Below, piece after piece: positions 1 through 11,528 of a stretch of 64,000 nucleotides of DNA (positions are counted from its first letter, which is position 1; every line of letters begins with the position of its first letter). The translations under genes and the position numbers were made by a program. Under the pieces are notes generated by a model. The model made no database searches. It was not told the DNA's origin and worked only from the letters and a program-made list of their open reading frames with translations. This DNA is from Epithemia pelagica. Taxonomy: Eukaryota; Protista; Bacillariophyta. The DNA is taken from NCBI GenBank assembly GCA_946965045.2, contig OX337238.1:806001-870000 (forward strand). Reading direction: 5' to 3'.

Positions 1-1862
1 TGGACAATGACATCGTATCGGATATAGGCATCCTCCATACCATCGGCTTTCATCATGTGAAGGTATCGTTGCAACTCCAAGGGTTTGCGAAAAATACCCT
101 TCGTGGTGACTTCTTCAAATTGTCGTTGTTGAATTGTACAGGGACGCAAAAATTGGGTCGAATCAAACACCCCACTCGCTTCCGACCATCTCATGACACC
201 GTCGGACAGGAGGCGGTACGACGTGAAACAATAGAGCTGCACATTGGGAGGATAGGGAAACATGGTGAGTTCGGCCGGGGTGCGAAGAAATTCTTTTTCC
301 TGGTTCAATGTGGCCGCGGATACATGATTGGCAAACTTGGAACGGGGCGACCAATTGGTGGAAAAGTCCTTCCATGCCGTCTCCCACACTGGTCCATAAT
401 CCAAGGTAACTTCTTCATCTTGGTCGATATCTCGAAGAGCCACTAGTTCCAAAACAAGACCGGACTTGTTCATGTGGATCAACGACGAGGGTGTTTCTTG
501 GAGCATGCTCGAGTTGGACAATTTGGACCAACGAAGCATTGTGTTGGCATTGCTCCCAGCATGGTTCACATAACAGGTCATGGGTCCGTACGGAATCAGG
601 ACCATGGAGCTGCTGGGATCCTCAAATGCATAATTCAGGAGCAACTGACTTCCCTTTTTCCATACATGCTGCTCCATGTTCATGCTCTTGTACATTTCCA
701 TAAACTTGCGAGCAACTGGAACGACAGGGACGGGCGCGACTACTTGACCTTGGAGCATGTTTCGTGTGGCAAACGCGCCATGTCCAGCCTGAGGGATATC
801 GGAAACCTCGCGACGTAGGTTGTCCAGACACAAGCCATTTTCCTCGAGCCAGTCCAAACTGCGAAGATTATTCGAAATGGTTGCATTGACGAGGCCCTTC
901 TCCACAGAGGATATCACGTTGGGCATCTTTTTCGGCAGGACTCTCAAAACACTTGAATATCTCGAGGGTACACTGTTGACAAGGTTCCAGAGTTCAGCCG
1001 CCTTGGGGGAGGATATGTCGCCTTTGACGAGTTTGTGTATCTTTTCCAGTATAGGGTTTTCTGTTTTGTCCAGTGCCGTGTAGATTTCCTCTAGAGTTTT
1101 ACCCGCAGACGACGCTTCCAATTTGCTTTCATACCACTTGGTATTGGACATCCAAAACAGTTTCCAGATTATTTCTGCTTGCGGCGAACCCATGTCGCCG
1201 TCCACAATAGAGGAGAACGATTTCAGGATGGAGTCTGCCCTTTCAAAATCATCCATTGAGGGCAATCGTTTCAGATCGGGATCATTTGCAATATGGCGGC
1301 TTCCATAAGGGACAAAGATCTCTTCTCCGGCCTGAATGTCTCGGGTTGCGACCAAGTGCATGCCGTGATAATTCGAGGACGCACCGGCACCCACGTCGTG
1401 GTACCTGTGAAGGACTTGGATATTTTCGGGGGGTCGCATCTCCGCATTGTCCAGTACTGGATTCGTATTGGCAGCCATGGAAGCGCTATAAGGAAGGCTC
1501 ACGACTTCATCGGCTTCAAAGGATGCCAATGTGGCCGATCCATCGTAGACATACTTGGACAAGATCCAATTGTTGGAGTTGTACCCGGATCCTTCAAGTT
1601 TGAGGTACTTGTGTCGAAGCATGGTGTGATATGTTCGATCAATGAAATTTATGACAATATCATCACTCAAAATCTGTTGATTGGCATTGACGTGAAGGGC
1701 CGAGTAGACACCCAGACCAGCATTGGGCATGGACGAGGGCGCAAGGTAAAAGGCGCATTTTGTCATCGAATTACAGTCCTCTCCTTCGCATCCTGTGGTC
1801 TGACCCAAACAGAAAGAAAAGGAAGAAAGGGATCCCAAAAGAAGGAGAAGTTTAGTGATCAT
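1..1862 (-). CDS. Secreted protein with two SET-like domains (diatom BacSET-type protein methyltransferase), 3' end runs off the window
   Basis: Hand translation from ATG 1862 gives MITKLLLLLGSLSSFSFCLG (signal peptide), then FYLAPSSMPNAGLGVYS...MAANTNP...LVATRDIQAGEEIFVPYG, and a second SET-like unit SDIPQAGHGAFATR...YVNHAG...LVALRDIDQDEEVTLDYG. The frame is open to base 1 and is absent from the ORF track because it has no stop in the window. Confidence 0.88.
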   Translation of the reverse strand, partial: MITKLLLLLGSLSSFSFCLGQTTGCEGEDCNSMTKCAFYLAPSSMPNAGLGVYSALHVNANQQILSDDIVINFIDRTYHTMLRHKYLKLEGSGYNSNNWILSKYVYDGSATLASFEADEVVSLPYSASMAANTNPVLDNAEMRPPENIQVLHRYHDVGAGASSNYHGMHLVATRDIQAGEEIFVPYGSRHIANDPDLKRLPSMDDFERADSILKSFSSIVDGDMGSPQAEIIWKLFWMSNTKWYESKLEASSAGKTLEEIYTALDKTENPILEKIHKLVKGDISSPKAAELWNLVNSVPSRYSSVLRVLPKKMPNVISSVEKGLVNATISNNLRSLDWLEENGLCLDNLRREVSDIPQAGHGAFATRNMLQGQVVAPVPVVPVARKFMEMYKSMNMEQHVWKKGSQLLLNYAFEDPSSSMVLIPYGPMTCYVNHAGSNANTMLRWSKLSNSSMLQETPSSLIHMNKSGLVLELVALRDIDQDEEVTLDYGPVWETAWKDFSTNWSPRSKFANHVSAATLNQEKEFLRTPAELTMFPYPPNVQLYCFTSYRLLSDGVMRWSEASGVFDSTQFLRPCTIQQRQFEEVTTKGIFRKPLELQRYLHMMKADGMEDAYIRYDVIV

Positions 1863-2128
1863 CTTGACGACAACGGCATCAAATAATAGAAGACCCGTTC
1901 AACAAGTTTGTCGAATAGAATTGTGGCTGCACAGGTCGTGTGAGAACAGGAAGGTCGCTCGGCTCGGCATGTACTCCACGCGCAAAGCGTGACAAACGCG
2001 CCTGCACTGTCTTGCTATCTGGGCTATGTCTGTAGTTGGACCGTAGACCATACGTAATCCTAGAGTTCCAAGCTACTCCTATTACTCCCTCTAAAAACGA
2101 GATGAGTGTTCACCTAAAGAGAAGAGAG

Positions 2129-2184
2129 GAATATGTTGGTCATAGAGAGATGGCGGGACGAATATGTTGGTCATAGAGAGATGG
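2129..2184. repeat. 25-bp exact direct repeat, period 31 (GAATATGTTGGTCATAGAGAGATGG x2)
   Basis: Copies at 2129-2153 and 2160-2184. Confidence 0.85.
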
Positions 2185-2370
2185 AGGAACGACAAAGAAC
2201 AGAAGAACTAATCAACGATCTATGAGTAAGAGTGTCTCTACATGAAACTTTGCATTAGCTCATCTAAAGAAAGTCCTCGACGTCTCTTCTCTGTTGTTGA
2301 TGGTCTCTGCCTTGGCCGTGAATCAAGAAAATCGTCTTCTTTGAACTCATCATCGAGACTTCGTTGTGTA

Positions 2371-2544
2371 CTTCCATGCGATCGTGAGAGTCTTGGTGTG
2401 CGTTTATGATCGTAAGATAAATTCCTCTCTCAAACAGCATATGCACTTGTAGCTATCATCTGATAGCGTGTGAACTTTACCATGCCATGCAATCTCAATC
2501 GTCCTGAGCATTATCTTCCATGATATCGTGAGACTCTTGGTGTG
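2371..2544. repeat. 30-bp near-identical direct repeat, 144 bp apart
   Basis: CTTCCATGCGATCGTGAGAGTCTTGGTGTG at 2371-2400 versus CTTCCATGATATCGTGAGACTCTTGGTGTG at 2515-2544. Confidence 0.75.
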
Positions 2545-2672
2545 CTCCTGATCGCATTTGTCCGAGGCAAGGTCCGTTCTCACGCAGCTTGTGAACTTTT
2601 GCATCTTTGCTCGATCTCAGCGGATCATTTGTGAACTTTGCCGCGTGAGATAATCTCAATCATGTACATACA

Positions 2673-3074
2673 TCAGCGGAGTGCTGCTTTGAAACGACCC
2701 TGTGCTTCAGAGACTTTTTCTTCTGAACGCATTCGCGGAACCGATAACATCACATCGCATGACTTCAGTGGTGAGCCCGTGATTTCATCCAATGGGACGG
2801 GTCTTGCTCGTTCTGCGGGATGCTTCCATTGTTGCACTGTAAGAAGTTCTTCATGCTTTGCGTCACTTGCCGTTGAACTCGAAGAAAGCTCATGAATGGT
2901 GGACAACATGGGTCTATGGCGGCTGTTCAAATCGTACCGGACCACCCTTCGTCTTGGTCGATTGCGTGTTGCTATTGCGGACGACTCACCCCATCGATCG
3001 TGCCTTGCTTCGCCGATGCAAGGTGGGTCCATCGGAAGGAACCGAACTCGTTCTAGTCTTTGTTCATTTCCCAT
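2673..3074 (-). CDS. Hypothetical small protein (DRW...RRVVR motif)
   Basis: ATG-initiated 133 aa ORF. It shares a DRW[GD]E...basic...RV[VR] layout with 8085..8621. No domain recognised. Confidence 0.4.
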   Translation of the reverse strand: MGNEQRLERVRFLPMDPPCIGEARHDRWGESSAIATRNRPRRRVVRYDLNSRHRPMLSTIHELSSSSTASDAKHEELLTVQQWKHPAERARPVPLDEITGSPLKSCDVMLSVPRMRSEEKVSEAQGRFKAALR

Positions 3075-4807
3075 TGCGTATTGTGCTTTCTTTCATTCTG
3101 CTTCTGATGCCAGTGGTGTCATGAGTTGAAACCTGTCCTGGTTGCTTCCGTCAGAATGGAGTAGACGTGCAGCTCTCAATACGCTCCTTACTCTTACGAA
3201 TGTATGAAGGGGTGTTTAGTTTCCATTGTGTGTAACGATTCACACATTATTCACTTTTCCAGCATTGTCAATCACGCCTGTTGGCTTAACAAAACAGAAA
3301 TACAAAAGGAGCCACAATCATTTAGGCCCTACGATCTTTGTCTCAACGGAGGACACCGAAAACTCTTCTGTTCCTGATTGGGAAAAAGTGAGACGATGAC
3401 TTACGGCAGATGTCTACGAGAGTCGTACTTACGAACGATTGCCCAACCAAGTTTCGGGAGTGATCTTTTATGCCCAACGGAAACGCAGACTCGACCTTTC
3501 TCCCACAAAATGAACACAACCGGAAGGACACCCGGGATGCGTCATGCGTCTGGAGCACGTCGTCCATGTGATTGTAGATAGTGGCACTTTACTAGAACAA
3601 CAACAACGCGCTTTTCGAACTTCTTCCGTCCCGACTGACTCGACGGACGATTTATTTGTTGCAGCTCAAGCTATAGCCCCGGTCTCCATGGAGTGTGATT
3701 CTCTGGGTTCAATGAATGTCCAACGATGTCCAACGGAGGAAGGCACATGAAGCGCGCTTCTTTTGCTGGAACCAACAACCAACGTCCCGAGAACCGCAAC
3801 CCTGACCGATCGAAGAAAATAATTTGAATTTCATTGTTGTGCTTCCGTCATGGCATCCGATCCATGTGCTACTGGAACCCTGACAGTCATTCTGGTGTCC
3901 ACCCAAACCAGCCCGGGAGACATGCTGCCGTTATAAAAATGCCACTAGAACAACTTAACCTCCGCCATGTATAACCAGGCATATCAACTGCATCCATCGA
4001 CGAAAAATGACAAGAACTCACATGAGTCCCTGCTGGTTCATTGCCATTACAGATTCTGTTTACCGACAAGGTGTTCGAGTGACGGTATATGGAACCTTCT
4101 AGAGAGATGTTGTCAAACCATGGCTGGACTTTCTCTACTCTCGTGGACAAGGCTCCCTTTATTGAAAAGTCTGAAAAGTCACAATTCTTCTTTCTGTACA
4201 GCCTCTCATGAATTCTTTGCTTGTCAAGTTTCATGACTGTCAGAGAACTTAAAGGTGCCAATTTCGTTTTGGGGAACGCAAGAATGCACAGGACGATACG
4301 ATCAACTTGCCTCTTGTCTACGGTAAGGCAAGCTCACCCCAACACCTCAAGTGCTTAACAGACAAGACGATTCGATTGCAGCGCTTCTTGTGACGAGTTT
4401 GCGTCTATCCTACGCTACGAGTATCAATCGATCCTTTTTGCTAGCAGAGCAGTTAGATTGCTATGGTGTTAAAATGCAGTCATGAAACGCAACGACGAGA
4501 AAACAAGTGTGTATGGTGGTATATCTTTGGTATTTTAATGAGTGAGAATGATTCGGAACGGTAAGGTACACATGCAAGGAAGGAGGAAACGGTTTCGGGT
4601 ATCACCTCCTCCATGTCCCACACACGTTTTTTCTTCTTCCTTTCGCCGTGCCGAAGAACTGTGTGTGGATAGGATGTGTGTGATGATAGGGGTGAATAGT
4701 AGGTTTTTGCAGTAGAGAGATAGTTTGTGGTATAATCAAGCGTGCGCGCCCGGAAAAATGGGTGTCCAAACGACACGAGTGCGCGGCACAAAACACGGTG
4801 ACTGGTT

Positions 4808-5860
4808 TCATGGCACAAAGAGAAACTCGTCATCGTCAATGGTGGTGTGAACAATCTTATCAAACAGGACACCCACACCATAGGCAAAGCCGCCTCCGAA
4901 TCCAGCAATAAACAAATTTTCCATGGCGGCCGAAACCCAGTTGCCACGAGTGGCCCAGGTTTTAATGGCACCGACACACAACAAGGCTGCCGTCGTGCCG
5001 GTGGCCGAGGCAATCAAGCCAGGCAAGGGCTCCAAAAAGACAAAGGGAAAGACCGACGGCAAAGAGCCAGCAGCGAACAAGACACAAGAAAACAATCCAG
5101 CCTTGAGTGGCGATCGTTCTTCGGTATCCACAACTCCAAATTCCAGAGCCGTCATCACCTTCAAAAGGGCCTCCGAGTCATTCCGGTAAAAGGCCACCAG
5201 CCGATCCGTCAATTCTCGTTGTTCTCGCGAATTAATGCCAATGATTTCCAAATGATCTTGTAGTTCAGCCAATTCGTGATCCCGGAAGTGCTCAATGTGA
5301 TGCTTTTCCAGAGTAATCTCACCTTGCAAGACTTCGTTTTGACTCTTGGTGGCAACGTATTCTCCAGCGCACATACTGACTGAACCAGCAATGCCTCCGG
5401 CAATGGCGGTGAGCAAAATATCGGCCGAGGACAAGCCACCACCGGCCACACCTGCCACCAACAAAAAGGTTGACACGAGACCATCGTTGACACCCAAAAT
5501 GATATCACGCCAATATTGTCGGGTGGCACCCAAATGAGGTTCCTGTTCATCCAATGAATTCAATTTTATTCGCTCTTCATCGTTGGAGTTATCGCCATTC
5601 ATTATATCCGTTGCGTCTCCTGTCGTGCGACAGTCCACAAATATATCGTCGTTGATGGAGTCTTCGGTGGATTTGCTGCTGTTGTTGTTGCTATGCGTGC
5701 CACTGTGGTCGGCCAATAACTTGATGCCTGGTTTGATCTGTCCGCTGCTTCGTTTCTCGTTGTTGTGACTGCTATCGTTTTCATAGCCCGGTGGGGCCAA
5801 GGGAGAAGGTATCACAATATCAAGTTCACAGGGTGGTAGATTTGGGCGGTCCATTTGCAT
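4808..5860 (-). CDS. VIT1: VIT1/CCC1-family vacuolar iron/manganese transporter
   Basis: RDIILGVNDGLVSTFLLVAGVAGGG...AGSVSMCAGEYVATKSQNE, a cytosolic His/Glu-rich loop and three C-terminal TM helices (AAGSLPSVFPF...LLCVGAIKT...ENLFIAGFGGGFAYGVG). Confidence 0.93.
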   Translation of the reverse strand: MQMDRPNLPPCELDIVIPSPLAPPGYENDSSHNNEKRSSGQIKPGIKLLADHSGTHSNNNSSKSTEDSINDDIFVDCRTTGDATDIMNGDNSNDEERIKLNSLDEQEPHLGATRQYWRDIILGVNDGLVSTFLLVAGVAGGGLSSADILLTAIAGGIAGSVSMCAGEYVATKSQNEVLQGEITLEKHHIEHFRDHELAELQDHLEIIGINSREQRELTDRLVAFYRNDSEALLKVMTALEFGVVDTEERSPLKAGLFSCVLFAAGSLPSVFPFVFLEPLPGLIASATGTTAALLCVGAIKTWATRGNWVSAAMENLFIAGFGGGFAYGVGVLFDKIVHTTIDDDEFLFVP

Positions 5861-7022
5861 CGAAGGCCAATTCGGCCGTCTCTAGTCACGTACTGAGCAG
5901 CTCTCGAGTACGCCCAAACAAGTAAGTAAGGTCAGAGTGGAGGTACAGATATGTTGTTGCCAATGCTTTTGTTGTTGCCGGCAATATTTATGTTCGTCTG
6001 TCAACGATGATACAGGTGGTGATGGCTCCCAAGATTCCTCACGAGACACAACACGATATCACCACGATGAGAATTGGAAGAAATGGATTCCACACGTGGT
6101 GAATGCAATCAATGGATCTGTATGGCGTTGTTGTTCCCGATAAGAGGCGGGGTAATACAAAGAATAAATGGATGATGATGTATGATGTGTGTTGATCTCG
6201 CTCTCTGAAGTTTTCTTGGCTCTGGTCGATCTGTGAGAGATGATTGTTCTGTGGAGTCGTTCGCTTCAAAGACTCCCTGGACAGCAGAAGGAGGGAGGAG
6301 AAGAGCAGCAACCGAACAACAGGTGTGCGTGGTGCCGGAGTGTATCTTTTCTGCTGGTTGTGTGGTGACGGTGGACGTCGGTTGGATGGTCGAACGTCAA
6401 ACACCTGTCTGACGTCAAAGCATCGATTGCCCAAAAATCCTTTCCAGAAAGTTTCCATGTCACAATTCCTTTCGGTTGGTCCACGGTGTGGCCGTCCTTC
6501 GAAATTCTTGTTCGGTGGCACCCATCGGAATCAGGCGTTGCGTCCGGCCGTCGACCGATCCATCAACGCGCACCCGGCCCGCGCGTCATCATCCCCCATC
6601 CGACAGCTGCTGTGATCCCCCAGCTTCCGCCACCCCGCAGATTAGTCGCAGACAAATGGTGCCCGGTGCCCGGTCACAAAATGACGTCTCTAGAAGCAAC
6701 GACAATGATGCCAACCTCTATCGTATTATCGTTGTTGAGAAGTGTAGCGCCTCCCATCACAGGATTGTTACACGTCTTATTGGATCAGAACCACAGCCTC
6801 GATCCGTCAAAAATGATATTCATCGGTTCTGAAGAAATATGATGGTGATTGACTGCCCCCGTCAACCAGGCAAAGGTCACAGTGCGTATCACATCGCATC
6901 AACGAATGATATGGCGTACGCAAATGGGCTGGCAATCCTTGGATCTGAAACTCATCCATGGTTTGATTCATTTATGCAATGAGAAATCTGGACTTGCAGG
7001 TCACAGTTTTTGGAAGGTGCAT

Positions 7023-7983
7023 GACGGAAAGGAGAAGGTGCATGACTCAGCGTGGTACACCCACCGAACCGCAATGACTCAAATACGAGAGAATCTCTTG
7101 GCACTATCATCGGAATCAAGCAGCCGCGACTACTCGTACATACACATCAAAGATTGGACCGACACAAAATGCGTTCAGATGTGGCGTTCAGATGTGGAAG
7201 GAGCGTACGGATACGTTCCCAATATATTGCTTCGCATAATCGTGCTCGCTCCTCTTATCCGAATGTGCTTTGTCGAGACGCGAGAAAAGCCCGTCCATTT
7301 TGTGGCCCTGCACGTATAATGAGGATGAACAGACAGCGCCGCGGTCGGGTTTTCTACGCACAGCTTACAGGCAAATCGAATCTATCAAACATTCACTATA
7401 CAAATACGACAAAGAGAGACCTAGCGGAGAATAAGCACAAGAAACTGCCTTGTTCTGGTTGATACAACAAGCAGGGAGCCTTGCATCAACAGCAAATAAA
7501 CGGCAGGACGGAACGGAGAAGATGAATGACTCAGCGTGGTACACCCACCGAACCGCAATGACTCAAATAGGAGAGAATCTCTTGGCACTATCATCGGAAT
7601 CAAGCAGCGGCGAGTACTCGTACACATTAAAGATTGGACGGACACAAAAAGCGTTCAGATGTGACGTTCAGATGTGGAGCATGCGGATACGTTCCCAATC
7701 TATTGCTTCGTATAATCGTGCTTGCTCCTCTTTTCCGAATGTGCTTTGTCGAGACGCGAGAAAAGCCCGTCCATTATTTTGTGGCCCTGCACGTATAATG
7801 TGGATGATGAACAGACAGTGTCGCGGTCGGGTTCTCTACACAGTGCATACACGAAAATCGAATCTATCAAACATTCACTATACAAATACGACAAAGAGAG
7901 ACCTAGCGGAGAATAAGCACAAGAAACTGCCTTGTTCTGGTTGATACAACAAGCAGGGAGCCTTACATAAACAACAAATAACA
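7023..7983. repeat. Tandem duplication of ~480 bp (period ~484), probably non-coding or a decayed coding fragment
   Basis: Copy 1 ~7023-7500 and copy 2 ~7507-7983 share long identical runs, e.g. TGACTCAGCGTGGTACACCCACCGAACCGCAATGACTCAAATA and AATCTATCAAACATTCACTATACAAATACGACAAAGAGAGACCTAGCGGAGAATAAGCACAAGAAACTGCCTTGTTCTGG, with small indels. Confidence 0.92.
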
Positions 7984-8084
7984 TGCAATGAAAGTTTGGG
8001 TTTTCAATGAATCTCATGCAACAAAGGGAAGTTCCATGATTTCTTGATTGATGGATTCGCAAAATACTGCAAGCCCTTCCACCA

Positions 8085-8621
8085 TTACGCACTTTTGGCA
8101 ATGATTGGTAAACAATCTGGTAATGACTCTGATGGAAGAGTGGATGGCATCTCGACGCCAGCTTCAGGAATTTCCATACCGTTCTTCATCAAGTTCGTGG
8201 TATAATATGCCACTGCCTGCGTCCTCCGGTTTGGTCGAGCCTTTAGTCGAATCTGTGGCATTCCATTCGTGCGGATGCACGTGTCGGAGATCTGATCAAA
8301 TTCTTCTGGAACCAGCTCTGGCAAGGACCCCTGGTTCCGGTGGTTGGAAACCTTGCTCTTGATCCAGTGTTGCGATGGTGACACGTCCAGATCCGTCCTC
8401 CACAGCAACTGATCTTGGCCATGAGGTGAATGTTGGTGGAGTGCGTCGTGATAGGTACAGAGAGTTCTTCCGCCATGATCCATGGCAAATCGCACTCGTT
8501 TCTTGGAGCGTCGTTCGTGGTTCCGGCATTCATCCCATCGATCAATGGTGGCGTCCGGGCATGGTTTGTCTACAGGGAGCCTGCAAACTCGACGAGTATG
8601 AGAAGCTCTAGTAAGGTCCAT
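8085..8621 (-). CDS. Hypothetical protein (DRWDE...KKRVRF motif)
   Basis: ATG-initiated 178 aa ORF with protein-like composition and no recognised domain. Confidence 0.55.
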   Translation of the reverse strand: MDLTRASHTRRVCRLPVDKPCPDATIDRWDECRNHERRSKKRVRFAMDHGGRTLCTYHDALHQHSPHGQDQLLWRTDLDVSPSQHWIKSKVSNHRNQGSLPELVPEEFDQISDTCIRTNGMPQIRLKARPNRRTQAVAYYTTNLMKNGMEIPEAGVEMPSTLPSESLPDCLPIIAKSA

Positions 8622-9866
8622 GATGAGAATAACAAGTAGGAGTATCTCATTCTACAAAAGCGAGAGATACTGATTACTGGTTTGGTGAGACTGATTCTTC
8701 AATCTTTTGGTTCAAAGTTGTCATCCTGTATGAGTTGGTTGGTTGCTTCCGACTTTCCCTCTCACTTTTCACCAACAACTACTTTGATTTGGAGTATCGA
8801 TAAATCCTTTGGCTCCAAGGTCTGTTTCATCTCTTTCTTTCTTGTAACCGAAAACCGAACGCAAATAATTCATTCCGAAACATTGAATCGGGCCATGCAG
8901 AAATCCCTGCGAGAAATCAAGGAAGTGAACCCCCTTCTGATTCTGAAAACACAAGCCTTGGGCGAGACTTTGAACTTCTTTGAACAGACAACATCATAAT
9001 AGAGAAACAGAGACAGCTCTGCTGTGTCTTGTGTCTCTGTTCCTGTTCGGTGTTCGGTCAATTCTCAAGGTGATTGGTGATCCGCCCAGTGCCCTCCCAA
9101 ATTTCTCGGCTCGCGTCTCGCAAGGAAATCTTTTTACTTAAGCTCAACTGAGTTCTAAAGTATAGCCCTTCACAGCTATGACATGATGAGCTTATTAAGA
9201 ATATTTCACTGATTAGTTCTACCCACTATAGGCTTATGTAAGGGCTTACTATCATCTGCTGCACAAGATGTCATAGGAGACTTCTTTCCCGAACTTTGCT
9301 TGACACGTCATGCGCATGTGAGTTGGGGGATCGTGAAAGACATACATTCTTCTGATAAAAAGTAGATCTTTTCCCTACCAGTACTAGTCTCTACCTGTAC
9401 GAGTACTAATAGTCGTATTGTACTCCTACTGGTACGAGTACTTCGACCAGGACTCCTATTCTGGATCTTGTATTTGGTAGCGATAGCACAAGGCCAACAG
9501 GGCTTACCATTATCTTGAAGAAAGTGATTCGGGCGCTCCCTTTGTATTTACACTTCATTTATTGCCCTTGCATATTGAAAGCTGAAAGTTGATGGATGCC
9601 GAGCGATGGAAGATGGAATCTGGAAGCTGGAATCTGAGCTGGCGAGTTACCGGTTGAGCTGCATCATTCTGGATTCTGGATTGCCAATTACCCTTTAGAA
9701 AACCTCAGGTATGAACAGTACCATTACCACTAATTAAAGTACTCTAAGCCTCAAGAGAGATCTTGGCACTTGTCAGAGGGTGCGAGGAGCACACGAGACG
9801 ATCTCGTCATAATTTTGCTCTTCCAACAACGTTTTCGCTTCGTCCACCAACTTTACTCTGCAAACC

Positions 9867-10508
9867 ATGCCCGCCTCCTCACCCACAGCTGAGCGATCCG
9901 TCGTCCACTACTCAACGCCAGGTTCCTTGAGAGACGCATTGAGTGAGACATATACCAGTGACGACTCGGATTGGATTCTGGGGATTACCGACAAGGAAAC
10001 AACAGTTGTACAGACCGTTGCAGGGGAGCATCGGCGGTTGTCCGTCTTGGGGTCCTACAACATTCTTGACTCTCCACCCGAACTGGAGTTTGATTGCATT
10101 ACTCAAGAGGCAAAAGACTACTTTGATGTACCTATTGCGGTGGTAACCCTGGTTGATCTGGGTCGCCAATGGTTCAAGAGTATTAAAGGTCTTGATGCCA
10201 AGGAAACCCCAAGAAGCTGCTCGTTTTGTGCACATGTCGTTCAGCGACAAGATGAACGCTGCAACCCAGTTATGGTCATTCCAGATGCTACGAAGGATGA
10301 TCGTTTCAAGGACAATCCATTGGTCAAAGATGGACTCAAGGTTAGATTTTATGCTGGTGCTCCTATTGTCAGCCCGGAAGGACCCAAGCTTGGATCATTC
10401 TGCATCATTGACACAAAGCCACGTCCAGGAGGTCTAACGATCAAAGAACAACTTCGCCTTCAGGATCTAGCTCGTCTGATTGTCTATCAAATGATCACCC
10501 GCTGTTAA
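9867..10508 (+). CDS. Stand-alone GAF-domain protein
   Basis: RLSVLGSYNILDSPPELEFDCIT...VVTLVDLGRQWFKS...RSCSFCAH...PDATKDDRFKDNPLV...RFYAGAP...GSFCIIDTKPR is the typical sensor-kinase GAF pattern. The stop follows directly with no output domain. Confidence 0.9.
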   Translation: MPASSPTAERSVVHYSTPGSLRDALSETYTSDDSDWILGITDKETTVVQTVAGEHRRLSVLGSYNILDSPPELEFDCITQEAKDYFDVPIAVVTLVDLGRQWFKSIKGLDAKETPRSCSFCAHVVQRQDERCNPVMVIPDATKDDRFKDNPLVKDGLKVRFYAGAPIVSPEGPKLGSFCIIDTKPRPGGLTIKEQLRLQDLARLIVYQMITRC

Positions 10509-11528
10509 TTTTGTACAAAAGGGACGAAGAGACGGTAACGACAGAGCTGAGAGCTTGGACTCGGAGGGCTTCCTGAATCCAACACGCGAATTGAACTGAG
10601 ACAAATAATGACAATCCCAATCACATAGTTAGCCGGTCTCCCCCAACCCAGACCCAACCGCTATCGTAAGACAGTAGCTACCACATTGTTTACAACAACG
10701 TAGTCGTGCAATGAACAAGTTTTTGTAATTTTAGTGTAAGATTATGGAGGAAGGCAATAATAAGTAGTGCTCAGGGCTCGTGTCGGGGCACTCAAGGGCA
10801 ATAATCAAATGAGAATTGAGATCGGAACTCGTAGTGGCCCAACCCGATCGTCATTGCTCATGATTCATGATGAATGATGATGACGTGCTCACAAGTTTTT
10901 TTACTCGTACAGATCTCCATCGCGTATCTCGCATCACTGAGACCCAGTTTTTCCACTGCAACTTTGGACTTTGGAGCCTGAGCAAGCCAATCCAATCTAG
11001 CGACTATGATACAGGTATCCATAGCCGGCATATCCATATTCGTGGAGATATGTACAAAGTACGACATGATGACGAGTCGATTCTCATTCAATGTTCTCAA
11101 CTTCTTCTTCTTCGCTGAATAACATAAACATACGACTACCTCACTGAACTGAAACATCTATTTTCACTGTTTCTTGAAGTCAAGCGATATTGATGTTACC
11201 CGAAGGATCCGATGGTGGACGAAGGAAAGCTAAAGCTGCTTTTTGATACCATTGCGATTGCTCCTGACAATGGCAGCAACATCATCCTCTAACACAATAG
11301 AGCGAGAGCCATTGGCAGAAATGAGTAGCATGTTCGTTTAATTGGCTACCTATCTCTAGAGGAGTAGAGGTTTTGTGACGCTCAAATGAGGAGGTACTTT
11401 CGGTAGACGAGCAGACGCTCGTGGAACGTGGACCATACGCGTTTGGGTCGCTTCACGAACATCAATGTCGACAAGCGTCATTCGATAGAAAAAGTTGCCC
11501 ATGGCACTCCAACTCCACCTGGTTGACA

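Noticed and set aside
1293-1886. 197 aa plus-strand ORF, and similar shadows at 39009..39923, 46087..47160, 52757..53446 and 62884..63447
   Set aside because: Each is antisense to a better-supported gene with recognisable motifs or presequences.
3343-4261. Cluster of short ORFs and weakly repeated TCCATGTG/ACTAGAACAA words
   Set aside because: No coherent frame, splice pattern or motif; not distinguishable from background.
9300-9760. TAGTAC- and CTGGAAT-rich intergenic stretch as a MITE
   Set aside because: No terminal inverted repeats or target-site duplication could be identified.
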